Source of the DNA: an uncultured delta proteobacterium
GTDB lineage: Bacteria; Bdellovibrionota; FAC87; UBA2466
Reading direction: 5' to 3'
DNA: 64,000 nucleotides
NCBI GenBank assembly: GCA_963778115.1
Contig: CAVZSV010000004.1
Location: forward strand, 2,816,001-2,880,000
Positions within the stretch are counted from its first letter, which is position 1. Every line of letters begins with the position of its first letter. Positions 38,834-48,990 of this stretch are shown here, piece after piece. Below the pieces are notes generated by a model. It saw only the letters and a list, made by a program, of their open reading frames with translations. It did no database searches and was not told the origin of the DNA. The position numbers and the translations under genes are program-made.

Positions 38834-41800
38834 GGCAACCAGGAATGAATCGATTCAAATACATTTCATTCATTCTGATTATAGCGGCACTGGGCGGAAT
38901 TTTTATTTCGGCCTTTGCTTACGCCGAAACTCAAACTTCAGTGAATTTAACGATCCCAGAACTTTTTACCGGCAATAGCGGGGCATTTAACTCCGCTTCG
39001 CAAACCGGTCCAGTTGCGGATACTTCAGGAAACGCAACCTACAACTACAACGGTACCATGAGTTTTGTCATGACGGCGGCGAGCGGCCGTTACTCCGGTG
39101 ACGTCGGAAATACTTATTACGGCATTGCCATGGGGCCCTATCAAGTCTTCCGAAGTTTTCTAACCCAAAATTATTTCACCGTGGGTTCTTCTTCCACGGA
39201 GTGCCCGTCTACCACGACCTATAACTATATGAATTTCAGAGTGCGCACCAAAGACGCACCCCGAAGTTCCATGAATGCGGAAAATACAGGGCCCACGATC
39301 AATACGGGTTTTATTGCCGGTGGGACTTTAACTTACAATCCCTCCATCGCTAATGTTGCTGTCGTTAATACCACGTTCGATCTCGGGGGAACCGTGTCGG
39401 GTGCTGCCCCCAATGTAACGCTTTCTCCGAACTCGAATTACGGCCTAATTAACAGTACCGAGTGTTCTAATGGCCAACTCAACGTACTAGCCACTTCAAG
39501 CACGACTAACTACGTGCTCGATCAGTACGGCACTTTCTATTTCGGTGACGATAGCTTTATGTACTTTTCCGGTGACGGAAATCCCTTAGTTTCTTTAGGA
39601 GTTCCGGCGCAGACGTTAACCACGGCTTCCATGTCGGCACTCACGAACCAGGTATTCAGCGGACTTTATACCGACTACTTAAATGACGGCTCGAACTCGA
39701 CAGTGGCTGCCCAGACTCAACAAAATGTCTTTCTCGTTCCTGTCTCCGGGGGAACTACGTTCACCATTAACACCTCGAACAGTTTGACTAACCCTAGCAG
39801 CTATACCAACTACGGCTCGATCTCCTGCACTACCATCAATTCTCCTTCCGCGGGCTATTGTTCTGGAACGATTAGTTTGGTAAGCGCGCCCGGACATTAT
39901 GGAAATGCGGTGTGCATGCTGTCGACGGCAACACCCGATTCAATGCTGACTTGTATTGCTCAAGACCCGGCGGATAACACTCGACCCATCACTATTATCT
40001 CTCACGTTCCCGCCAAGGCCCTGCTCTCGGTCTCGGTTCCTGCCGCCGCGGCTTCCGTGACAGGACCCAGTGGCTCCACGACTATTACGGCGACTCTTCA
40101 AAACATGACGGGACAAGCCATCACAGGACTAAGCAATCCGTCGTCAGGTACCTTAGATCTCGCGGCACCCTTCTCCGATACCGGAGCCTTCGCGGGAACG
40201 GGCGGGACATGCGGAACCACACTCGCGGGCTATGCTAGTTGCACGGTAACCATCACCTTCGCCCCCACGGCAGTGGGAACGTACTCTCAAGTCTTTCGCG
40301 TGGCTTACAACGACAACTATTTTGGAGTGGTAAATGCCACCGCCACGATCGTGGGCGTTTCGGGGCTCTCATCGATTGCGCTAACGCCCACCACGTCATC
40401 GTTTGCCGCGGGAACTTCAGTGCAGTACACCGCGACTGCGACTTATTCAGATAACTCAACCCAAAACGTGACCTCGGCGGTTCAATGGTCGGTGAGCGGA
40501 ACGGATGCGACGGTAAATGCTACTGGCACGGTCTCCTTTACCACGAATGGAAGTACGACGATAACGGCTGGACTTGGTCCGACGATAACAGGAACGCAAT
40601 CGGTAACGGAAAGCGGAGGTTCGATTCAGGATTTAGGGCAATCCACCCCCACGGGACTCGACGCCGCGACTTATGGATTGAATGCCCCGGGTTATGGAAG
40701 AATTCAATCAGGTCAATTTTTTGCTTCAGACACTTCAAACAATCGAGTTCTCATTTATAACAGTACCCCCACGAGTAACGAGCAACAGCCCGACCTCGTA
40801 GAGGGGCAACAAGACTTCAACGATCACAACGTTAATAGCGGGCTCAGCTCCCCCACGGCCCTTACGATGAGTGGCCCCTCGGGAGTTGATACGGATGGAA
40901 CCTATCTCGTTGTGGCCGATTCCGGAAATAACCGGGTATTGATTTGGAATTCGATTCCTAGCGACAACGACGTGGCCCCCGACGTTGTTCTCGGACAGAC
41001 CGGTTTTACTTATTCCTCTCCGAATCAAGGCTTAGGCACCGCGAACGGCACTACTTTGAGTAATCCAACCGGCGTCGCTATATCCGGCGGAGTTTTGTAT
41101 GTTTCTGACACAGGAAACAATCGGGTTCTCGTATGGACAACTATTCCCACTTCCTACGCTCAGACGGCCAATTTTGTATTGGGACAACCTGATACCCTTT
41201 CCTCCACGGCAAATAATGGAGGAATTAGTGGCACCAGTTTGAGTTCGCCGCAAGGGCTGCAAGTTCAGAACACCGATCTTCTGGTGGCGGATACCGGCAA
41301 CAACCGAGTTCTAGTCTGGACGACGCTTCCGACGGTAAGTACTACTAGTGCGAACTTCGCTCTGGGACAGCCAAGTACTACAACCGCAACCGCGAATAAT
41401 CCGGGAAAAAACGGTAAGGGAATGAATGGCCCCACCGACGTAGATACCGATGGAACTCGTGTTTATGTCGCCGATTACGGAAATAATCGTATCTTAGAGT
41501 GGTCAAGTTTCCCGTCCAGTTCCGGACAGACCGCCAACTATGCTTTGGGACAAACCAGTACCACGGCGGCTACCGCAAATAACGGAGGTATTTCGGCCCA
41601 GTCGTTAAGCGGTCCTCACGGAGTTGCCACCGATGGGACCAACGTGATTGCGGCAGACCTTGGAAATAATCGTCTGTTGCTGTGGACATCGGTTCCGGCC
41701 GCGAGCCACACGACCGCCAATATCGAGCTTGGACAGCCGAATATGACCTCCTCGACGGCAAATAATCAGGGGACACCCACAATTTCAAATATGGACTTGC

Positions 41801-43482
41801 CTCAGGCCGTTAACGGAGATTCGAATGGTAAGTTGTATGTCGCCGACTATAGCAATAACCGCGTACTGATTTGGACTTCGACACCGACTACGACGAATCA
41901 GTCCGCCAATGTCGTATTGGGACAGGCGTCGTTTACCACGAATACGGCAAACAACGGGGGAATCTCGGCCAACTCGTTATCCGGCCCCGCGTCAGTGTTT
42001 AGCGACGGAACCCGTCTTTTCGTCGCCGATTACAATAATAATCGTGTTTTAATTTGGAACACCATCCCCAGCTCCTCTAATACTTCCGCCAATGTCGTTA
42101 TAGGACAGACAGGCTATACGGCCACGACCGCGAATAACGGCGGGATTGGATGTAATACTTTGAATGGCCCCACGGGGGCTTATAGTGACGGCACACATCT
42201 TTGGATCGCTGATAACGGAAACAATCGCGTTCTGGCGTTTAACGCGATACCAACCACGTCAGGCATGACGGCGGATTTCGTCTTGGGCCAAAATAGCTGT
42301 ACGGGTCATTCGAAGGGTACGGTCAACGGAAAGAAAATGAACGCTCCGCGATCAGTGCATGGGCACAGCACTTATCTTTATGTAGCAGACAGTGGAAATA
42401 ATCGGGTCTTGGTGTGGACTACACTTCCGACGTCCTCGGGGACTACGGCAACTTTTGTACTAGGGCAGCCAAGTACCACGGTGAATACCGCGAATAATGG
42501 CGGGATATCCGGACAAACTCTGAGTCAGCCCATGGGAGTATTTACGGACGGCACCCGCCTCTTTGTCTCCGACTATAGTAACAATCGGGTTTTGGAGTGG
42601 ACCTCTATTCCAGGTGGAACAGATCAGACAGCTAATCTTGTTTTGGGCCAACCGAACCTAGCCTCATCTACGGCGAATAACGGGGGCATTAGCGCAACGA
42701 GTCTGTTTTTCCCATCGCAATTGTATGCGGATGGGTCAAGACTCTGGACTGCCGATTACGACAACAACCGGATCTTGGTTACGAGTTATAGCGCTGTTTT
42801 GACCGCCAATGTTTCTAGCTATAGCTTTGGATTCGTGGGAATTAACACCACCGCGACGGAAACCTTCACCATTACTAATAGTGGGGTGGGAAGTGCTACG
42901 TCCGTGGCCGTGGGAACTCCGACCTTGAATGCGCCTTTTAGTTTCGCTGGAGGAAGTTTCCCAGGAACGGGAGGATCGTGTGGTACCACGATAAGTGGTC
43001 AGTCCAGCTGTACGATCGTGATAAGCGCCAATCCTACTGTCGACTATGAGAATTTTTCCGATACGGTTCGGGTGAGTTACAACGACGGCACGAATACCAA
43101 GTATGTAGCAATAGCAGTGTCCGCAAGTACCATCCCCTTGGCCGTCCTCACCATTACGAATAGCTCTCCCGTAAATTTTGGAACGGTCGTACACAACTCG
43201 GCAACCCAAGCGGAAAGCATTAACGTGTCTAATGCTTCCGGCGTCACCGCGAGCTTTTTGTCAGGAGCAAGCTTGGCAGCTCCTTACACGTACACGGGTG
43301 GTAGCTATCCGGGAGTGGGAGGAACCTGCGGGACGGTTCTTGATACGGGAAGCACTTGTACCGTAAATATCACTTTTACTCCAACGACCACAGGAACGCT
43401 CACGGGAACGTTTACTTTGGACTACGACAATCATGCCGCTTCCACGTCGGTAGCAGTGGGCCTCACTGGGACGGGAAGTTAA
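38830..43482 (+). CDS. Large surface protein: ASH/Ig-like, Big_2 and 12 NHL repeats
   Basis: Signal peptide; 12 D.xNNR[VIL]L units; three GG.CGT.....C...I...P Ig-like domains; Big_2 (ATATYSDNSTQNVT). Confidence 0.9.
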   Translation: MRQPGMNRFKYISFILIIAALGGIFISAFAYAETQTSVNLTIPELFTGNSGAFNSASQTGPVADTSGNATYNYNGTMSFVMTAASGRYSGDVGNTYYGIAMGPYQVFRSFLTQNYFTVGSSSTECPSTTTYNYMNFRVRTKDAPRSSMNAENTGPTINTGFIAGGTLTYNPSIANVAVVNTTFDLGGTVSGAAPNVTLSPNSNYGLINSTECSNGQLNVLATSSTTNYVLDQYGTFYFGDDSFMYFSGDGNPLVSLGVPAQTLTTASMSALTNQVFSGLYTDYLNDGSNSTVAAQTQQNVFLVPVSGGTTFTINTSNSLTNPSSYTNYGSISCTTINSPSAGYCSGTISLVSAPGHYGNAVCMLSTATPDSMLTCIAQDPADNTRPITIISHVPAKALLSVSVPAAAASVTGPSGSTTITATLQNMTGQAITGLSNPSSGTLDLAAPFSDTGAFAGTGGTCGTTLAGYASCTVTITFAPTAVGTYSQVFRVAYNDNYFGVVNATATIVGVSGLSSIALTPTTSSFAAGTSVQYTATATYSDNSTQNVTSAVQWSVSGTDATVNATGTVSFTTNGSTTITAGLGPTITGTQSVTESGGSIQDLGQSTPTGLDAATYGLNAPGYGRIQSGQFFASDTSNNRVLIYNSTPTSNEQQPDLVEGQQDFNDHNVNSGLSSPTALTMSGPSGVDTDGTYLVVADSGNNRVLIWNSIPSDNDVAPDVVLGQTGFTYSSPNQGLGTANGTTLSNPTGVAISGGVLYVSDTGNNRVLVWTTIPTSYAQTANFVLGQPDTLSSTANNGGISGTSLSSPQGLQVQNTDLLVADTGNNRVLVWTTLPTVSTTSANFALGQPSTTTATANNPGKNGKGMNGPTDVDTDGTRVYVADYGNNRILEWSSFPSSSGQTANYALGQTSTTAATANNGGISAQSLSGPHGVATDGTNVIAADLGNNRLLLWTSVPAASHTTANIELGQPNMTSSTANNQGTPTISNMDLPQAVNGDSNGKLYVADYSNNRVLIWTSTPTTTNQSANVVLGQASFTTNTANNGGISANSLSGPASVFSDGTRLFVADYNNNRVLIWNTIPSSSNTSANVVIGQTGYTATTANNGGIGCNTLNGPTGAYSDGTHLWIADNGNNRVLAFNAIPTTSGMTADFVLGQNSCTGHSKGTVNGKKMNAPRSVHGHSTYLYVADSGNNRVLVWTTLPTSSGTTATFVLGQPSTTVNTANNGGISGQTLSQPMGVFTDGTRLFVSDYSNNRVLEWTSIPGGTDQTANLVLGQPNLASSTANNGGISATSLFFPSQLYADGSRLWTADYDNNRILVTSYSAVLTANVSSYSFGFVGINTTATETFTITNSGVGSATSVAVGTPTLNAPFSFAGGSFPGTGGSCGTTISGQSSCTIVISANPTVDYENFSDTVRVSYNDGTNTKYVAIAVSASTIPLAVLTITNSSPVNFGTVVHNSATQAESINVSNASGVTASFLSGASLAAPYTYTGGSYPGVGGTCGTVLDTGSTCTVNITFTPTTTGTLTGTFTLDYDNHAASTSVAVGLTGTGS

Positions 43483-43688
43483 CTTTTTGCTTCGCGAAAT
43501 AATATGTGCTCACGCTCATGTCTAGGACCGGTACGTGAACTCTCCCCTTGTCGTAGGCCTAATCACCTGCTTATTCGATGTGCCGTTTAGTACGGTTATC
43601 AGTCGACATAATCCATAGCGTTAACAAATGGTGACGCTAAGTACCCAAGCACATTGACGCTCCGAATTGGCTTCCCTAACGTGAAGTC

Positions 43689-44765
43689 ATGGGTTGGGGG
43701 CTTTTTGATCGTTTGGGGAATTGGATAGGTTATTTCTGCCTTGGGTTGGGGCTAGGAGGTATCTCTATCCCGTCAATATGCTTAGCGGATATCGTCATTT
43801 CGCATGTGACCGATCTGTATCCTATTGAAGTGGGCGAAGGCCACCTCGTACATGCGGGAGTGCTGTGGGAGGCACGCAACGCCCTGGGAAATATTGACCG
43901 GATTCATCATCTTGAAATGTATGATCCCCTCGATCTGGAGCTTCTAACCATAGTGACGTTGCCGCATTCGGTGGAACAAATCTATCCTTTTGGAAACGAT
44001 GCCGTTCTTGTGGTGGGCCGTCGTTATCATAACGAATGGCAGACCGCCTATTCCGTCGTTACTAAGAACGCGCCTTCTCATTTCCACACTACGTGGCTTC
44101 CCATAACTCTTTTAACCGAATTTTTTGCGGGAGAACCGGGCCGCCTCTTCTTCAATGAAGTGGGCTCGGGAACCATCTCGAAGGTTTCGGGGAACGTGGT
44201 CATCCCCATTGCGACCCATGTCAATAGCCCCGGAAAGATGGTCGTATGGGACCATTGGCTTTTTGCGATTGAAAGAAATTCGATTGATCCCGGAGATGAA
44301 AACGTAATCCGGATTGATCTTAAGACTGGCCACGTGGATCGAACGTTCGTGAATGTCCGAAATAATCTATCGAATCTCATCGCACTTGGTGACGGGACCA
44401 TCGCGGTGTCGGAAACCTGGGCAAATCAGCTCTTGGTCATCGACGCTAAGACGAATACCCTTAAAGCAACGCTACCCGCCCCCACGGAGCCTCGGGGACT
44501 TACTTTATACGGACACTGTGTCGTCACTTTTTCGATGGATTCGAAAATACTCTCCTTCTTCGACATTCCGTCATTGAAACCGGTCACCCAGTGGAATCTC
44601 TCGGGCTTGGATTCCCGTTACGAAAATAACCGAGATCTTACCGTCGACGAAACCACCGGGCGCTTTTTTCTAAGATCCGTTTTCGCAAGCGATCTTGATG
44701 ACGCCCTTACCGGTGTCTTTGCTATCGATAATACCGACGCTAACGCTTTAGCCGGATGCCGATAA
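43689..44765 (+). CDS. Exported YncE-like beta-propeller protein
   Basis: Signal peptide; VSET.ANQLLVIDA.T..L.ATLP....PRGL blade. Confidence 0.7.
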   Translation: MGWGLFDRLGNWIGYFCLGLGLGGISIPSICLADIVISHVTDLYPIEVGEGHLVHAGVLWEARNALGNIDRIHHLEMYDPLDLELLTIVTLPHSVEQIYPFGNDAVLVVGRRYHNEWQTAYSVVTKNAPSHFHTTWLPITLLTEFFAGEPGRLFFNEVGSGTISKVSGNVVIPIATHVNSPGKMVVWDHWLFAIERNSIDPGDENVIRIDLKTGHVDRTFVNVRNNLSNLIALGDGTIAVSETWANQLLVIDAKTNTLKATLPAPTEPRGLTLYGHCVVTFSMDSKILSFFDIPSLKPVTQWNLSGLDSRYENNRDLTVDETTGRFFLRSVFASDLDDALTGVFAIDNTDANALAGCR

Positions 44766-44776
44766 GGGGCAGGGTA

Positions 44777-45160
44777 TTACTTCACCCGGTGATAGACGTA
44801 ATTTTCCGTGTAGTCTTTTAAATCACATCCGCTTCCAGAGGCCTGAATCTGAATCTCATCATCGCTAATTCGAGTTGCGATACCCACCAGGTACATTACG
44901 CATCCCGTGGCTAATTGAGTCCGCTCAAATTCAAGCCCTGCCCAACGCCCGGTGGCACGACCGTGGATCTCATGACGGTATACGCCGTTATCTTCACCAC
45001 CGGTAATTTCATCCGTCTGTTGCGACAAATTCCATGTCAACCCATCGACATCGCGTTTCCAGCTTCCTGAAAAATTGGCGCAGTCATCGGCAATTAGCGA
45101 AGCCGCCCCCAAAAGTAGAATTAGTGCCAGCCACTTAGCTCCATTTGATTTGATAGCCAT
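44777..45160 (-). CDS. Small exported beta-barrel-like protein
   Basis: GAGGAG SD, signal peptide, FSGSW start motif. Confidence 0.65.
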   Translation of the reverse strand: MAIKSNGAKWLALILLLGAASLIADDCANFSGSWKRDVDGLTWNLSQQTDEITGGEDNGVYRHEIHGRATGRWAGLEFERTQLATGCVMYLVGIATRISDDEIQIQASGSGCDLKDYTENYVYHRVK

Positions 45161-45237
45161 TCTTTTCTCCTCGGTTTTTCACCAAGGGCTCATTATGGAA
45201 CCAATCAAAAAGAACGGTTAGCGGGGTGCTCCATAGG

Positions 45238-47859
45238 TCAGTTGTAGCCGTATCGTCTAATGAACCAATTCTTCACGATCTGAGTGAGCACGCAATACGA
45301 TAGCAGAATCGCAACAAGCCAAGCGAAGTAATTAAGCGGTAAAGGAACAAATCCTAAAGCACTTCCCAACCGGGAAAAGGGAAGCCACAACCCTAGCGCC
45401 ATCGCAAAGAACGTCGTTAGTAAAAGGGGAACCGAAGCCCTGCTTTGGATAAACGGAATTTGTCGGGTGCGGATCATGTGAACGATGAGCGTTTGAGATA
45501 AGAGACCTTCGACGAACCATCCAGATTGAAAGAGACTTTGAACTTCAGGGTGGTTCGCTTTGAAATAAAACCACATAAGAGCAAACGTGGCGTAATCGAA
45601 GATAGAACTGATAGGCCCCATGAATAGCATAAATCTCGCGATATCGTCGATTTCCCATCGTCGGGGTTTTTCCAGATATTCAGCGTCCACTTGATCGAGG
45701 GGAATTCCTACTTGAGAAAAGTCGTAAAGCAAGTTTTGAGTGAGTAATTGAACCGGCCTCAGGGGGAGAAAGGGCAAAACGGAGCTAGCGCCCAGCATGC
45801 TAAAAACATTCCCGAAGTTAGAGCTGGCTCCCATCTTTATGTACTTAATGATGTTTCCAAAGACTTTGCGCCCTTCGATGACTCCTTGCTCCAGAACCAG
45901 AAGATCCTTTTCCAATAAAATGATATCGGCGGATTCTTTGGCGATGTCCACCGCGTTGTTGACAGAAATTCCGACATCCGCGGAATTTAGGGCAGGAGCG
46001 TCGTTAATCCCATCACCCATAAAACCCACCACATGGCCGCTCTCGCGGAGTGCTCGAATAATTCTTTGCTTTTGATCGGGGGTGAGCTTGGCGAAAATAT
46101 TCTTGGTGCTGACGACTTGCTGAAGTGCCTTGTCATTGAGATGCACAAGCTCCGATCCAAGTAGCGTTCCTACAACGGGGAGCCCTACTTCTCTTGCCAC
46201 CTTTTCCGTAACCCGTTCATTATCTCCGGTTAGAATCTTTACCGTAACTCCGTACTTCGCCAAAGCCTCCAGGGCCTGTCGCGCACTTTCTTTGGCGGGA
46301 GGATCGAGGAAAGCGACGTATCCGATCAGACAAAGGTCCTGCTCGTCAGCAAGTTCGCAATTTTGACCCGCTTCTGGCATCTCGCGAGTGGCGATCGCCA
46401 AGACTCGAAATCCGCGATCGTTAAGAGCTTTGGCAGTCGCGTAATACTTTGCGATTTGGTCGTCAGGGGCGAGCGCCAAAATTTGATTTCCTATTTGCAC
46501 GTGCGTACAGAGTTCAAGCACCTCTTCGACCGCTCCTTTGCAAATGAGCAAGTGATGTTTTTCGTGGTCTTTCACCAGAACCGACATTCGTTTTCTAGAG
46601 AAATCGAAAGGGATTTCGTCGATTAACGTGTGGGTTTCGCTTACCTTCTCTGAGTACTGGGATTCAGCATGGCCGATTAACGCCAGATCTAAAAAGTTCT
46701 TTAGACCGGTTTGGAAGAAGCTATTTAGCCATGCCGCTCTAAGAACGCCACTCGATTCGTTACCCATGGGATCGAAGGCTCCTCCGAAGACCATGAGATC
46801 TTCGGTTAAGGTTCCTGTTTTATCGGTACAAAGGACATCCATGGCTCCAAAATTTTGGATAGAGTTAAGTCGCTTGATGATCACTTTCTTCTTAGAAAGC
46901 GAGAGCGCCCCTTTGGCTAGATTAACCGTAACGATCATGGGAAGCATCTCTGGTGTGAGTCCCACCGCGATAGCAACGGCGAAAAGAAAAGCGTCCGACC
47001 AGTTTCCTTTGGTAAAACCGTTAATAAGAAACACCAGGGGAACCATCACCGCCATGAATCGGAGCATCAACTTGGTGAATCGGTGAATGCCTCTTTCGAA
47101 ACTGGTCTCCACCCGAGTTCCCAGAATACTTTTGGCGATGGATCCGAAGTAGGTCTCTTGACCGGTGTGTAAGACGATAGCTAGGGCCGAGCCGCTTACG
47201 ATGTTACTTCCCATGAAGCAAATGTTCTTCAGTTCTGGAAGCGATTTCATCGAATCGTTATCTAAGTCGGAAGACTTTTCGACGGGATGAGACTCACCGG
47301 TTAGGGCTGACTGGCTTACGGTAAGTAGCTTAGAGGAGATTAGGCGTACATCGGCCGGAACCATATCTCCCGCCGATAAATGAACGAGATCGCCTGGGAC
47401 TAACTCTGAAAGAGGCAGCTCCTGTTTTACCGGTCCGTGTTGGGAACGAGTCACCGAAACATTAGTACTAACCATCGCCCGGAGCCTTTCGGCGGCTCGG
47501 CTGGAGCGTAATTCTTGGGCGAAGGTCATCACGACACTAAGAACGACCATGGTCGCCATAAGGCCGGCACCGGTCAGATCATCGGTGAGATAGGAGACCA
47601 GGGCTAAGGTGCAGATGAGATAGTTAAAAGGGTTCTTAAAAGCTTTGATCAAAAGCTTAGAAGCCGACGATGTTTCTTCCTTGGCGACTTCGTTGGGGCC
47701 AAACCGCTCCCTGAGATCTTCTACCTGCGACGAAGTCAGTCCTTGGGGAGAACTTCCCAAGGAGATATACAGGGCATCCGCCGGTTTCTGAGCAGCCCGA
47801 AACAATTGTCGGGCGTGCCGGTAAGTAAATTCCGCCGTCGATTTAGCCGGAAACGCCAT
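45238..47859 (-). CDS. mgtA: Magnesium-translocating P-type ATPase
   Basis: TGES, PEMLPMIV, DKTGTLT, GDGINDAPAL, SSNFGNVFS, FQSGWFVEGLLSQTLIVHMIRT. Confidence 0.95.
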   Translation of the reverse strand: MAFPAKSTAEFTYRHARQLFRAAQKPADALYISLGSSPQGLTSSQVEDLRERFGPNEVAKEETSSASKLLIKAFKNPFNYLICTLALVSYLTDDLTGAGLMATMVVLSVVMTFAQELRSSRAAERLRAMVSTNVSVTRSQHGPVKQELPLSELVPGDLVHLSAGDMVPADVRLISSKLLTVSQSALTGESHPVEKSSDLDNDSMKSLPELKNICFMGSNIVSGSALAIVLHTGQETYFGSIAKSILGTRVETSFERGIHRFTKLMLRFMAVMVPLVFLINGFTKGNWSDAFLFAVAIAVGLTPEMLPMIVTVNLAKGALSLSKKKVIIKRLNSIQNFGAMDVLCTDKTGTLTEDLMVFGGAFDPMGNESSGVLRAAWLNSFFQTGLKNFLDLALIGHAESQYSEKVSETHTLIDEIPFDFSRKRMSVLVKDHEKHHLLICKGAVEEVLELCTHVQIGNQILALAPDDQIAKYYATAKALNDRGFRVLAIATREMPEAGQNCELADEQDLCLIGYVAFLDPPAKESARQALEALAKYGVTVKILTGDNERVTEKVAREVGLPVVGTLLGSELVHLNDKALQQVVSTKNIFAKLTPDQKQRIIRALRESGHVVGFMGDGINDAPALNSADVGISVNNAVDIAKESADIILLEKDLLVLEQGVIEGRKVFGNIIKYIKMGASSNFGNVFSMLGASSVLPFLPLRPVQLLTQNLLYDFSQVGIPLDQVDAEYLEKPRRWEIDDIARFMLFMGPISSIFDYATFALMWFYFKANHPEVQSLFQSGWFVEGLLSQTLIVHMIRTRQIPFIQSRASVPLLLTTFFAMALGLWLPFSRLGSALGFVPLPLNYFAWLVAILLSYCVLTQIVKNWFIRRYGYN

Positions 47860-47975
47860 GCCCCCATCGTAACCCAACGAAACCGAAACGGCGCATAAGA
47901 ATATGACGGGGAGTTAAAAACTTCTTGGAGAAGCAAAGTATCCTTACAATCTCAGTCGTTACTTTTTTTGCCCAG

Positions 47976-48374
47976 CTAATTATTGAGGGCTCCGGCATCA
48001 ATCCAATCGGCGATGGCGGTAATCTCATCGGCGCTGAGATCGGGCCCTTTGGGCGGCATCAGGCTTTTTGAAACCGCTCGGTACAGAGGACTGGTGGTAG
48101 CCGATCCCGCAAAGACCACTTTCGCGTTCATGACATTGGTATAGGTCGTCAGATCTACCGACCCTGCCGGGGTCTTTCCTGAGTGACATTGTGTGCAATA
48201 GACGGAAAAGATAGTCGTTTCCAAAGACGTAAAGGTGGGTGTCGTGGTGTCTAAAGCACCCTGCGGGTCGCTATTATTAGCTTTGGCTTGTGTCGTCAAA
48301 GCTAATGCTAAGAGTAACGCCAAAGATAACCGCCGTCTCAGGGTAACAAATGTTCTCATAATGATCGTCATCAT
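47976..48374 (-). CDS. Exported mono-haem cytochrome c (planctomycete-cytochrome-like)
   Basis: AGGAGG SD before 48374; CTQCH, MPP, WIDAGA.NN. Confidence 0.85.
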   Translation of the reverse strand: MMTIIMRTFVTLRRRLSLALLLALALTTQAKANNSDPQGALDTTTPTFTSLETTIFSVYCTQCHSGKTPAGSVDLTTYTNVMNAKVVFAGSATTSPLYRAVSKSLMPPKGPDLSADEITAIADWIDAGALNN

Positions 48375-48428
48375 CTCTATCCTCCTTAGTAGATTTGCTA
48401 ATTTGTAAGGCAAGTGAAGGGCTTTCGC

Positions 48429-48446
48429 ATGAGTCATATGACTCAT
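48429..48446. promoter_or_regulatory. Perfect 18-bp palindrome, candidate operator
   Basis: ATGAGTCATATGACTCAT between divergent cytochrome c and LuxR genes. Confidence 0.75.
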
Positions 48447-48498
48447 TCAAAAACGGCTTCTTATTTCGGTCGCTTAAACGAAACCAAGGAGTAAAGGA

Positions 48499-48990
48499 AT
48501 GGGGCGCTTAAAGCCTGTGATCGACAAAGAACTTTCAGTGCTCGTCGTGTTGCTCGTCGTCATTCTCGTAGCAGACTGTGTTTCGAGCAGAGGGATCGTT
48601 AGTGCGGGTGCGTCTTTAGGCCTTGTTTATCTCGGTCTTTGGCTCGGTCCTCGGCGGTTTAGGATGGAGTCAAAACGCACCGGTGACATTAAAGCCCTAC
48701 AGACGCAGTGGCAAATCCGCCATGAAAACCTAACGCGCGGTCTTGGAGAGGTAATCGACGAGCAATTAAGATCTTGGCAATTTACTCCTGCGGAAAGAGA
48801 AGTGGCTTCGTTACTCTTAAAAGGGCTGGGCATTAAAGAGATCGCCTCGATCCGACGTACTTCAGAGCGAACGGCGCGACAGCAATGCCTTTCCATTTAT
48901 GCCAAGTCGGGCGTCAGTGGACGAGCCGAACTTTCGGCGTTTTTTTTAGAAGACCTTTTATTGCCCCTTACTCCGGGCAGATCGTATTAG
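48499..48990 (+). CDS. Membrane-anchored LuxR-type HTH regulator
   Basis: Two N-terminal TM helices; FTPAEREVA.LLLKGL..KEIA.IR.TSERT. Confidence 0.88.
   Translation: MGRLKPVIDKELSVLVVLLVVILVADCVSSRGIVSAGASLGLVYLGLWLGPRRFRMESKRTGDIKALQTQWQIRHENLTRGLGEVIDEQLRSWQFTPAEREVASLLLKGLGIKEIASIRRTSERTARQQCLSIYAKSGVSGRAELSAFFLEDLLLPLTPGRSY

Noticed and set aside
40700..42790. Periodic DNA similarity at about 170-190 bp spacing
   Set aside because: Fully explained by NHL protein repeats
48375..48446. Longer N-terminus of the cytochrome c ORF starting at 48446
   Set aside because: That ATG is part of the palindrome; the strong SD supports 48374
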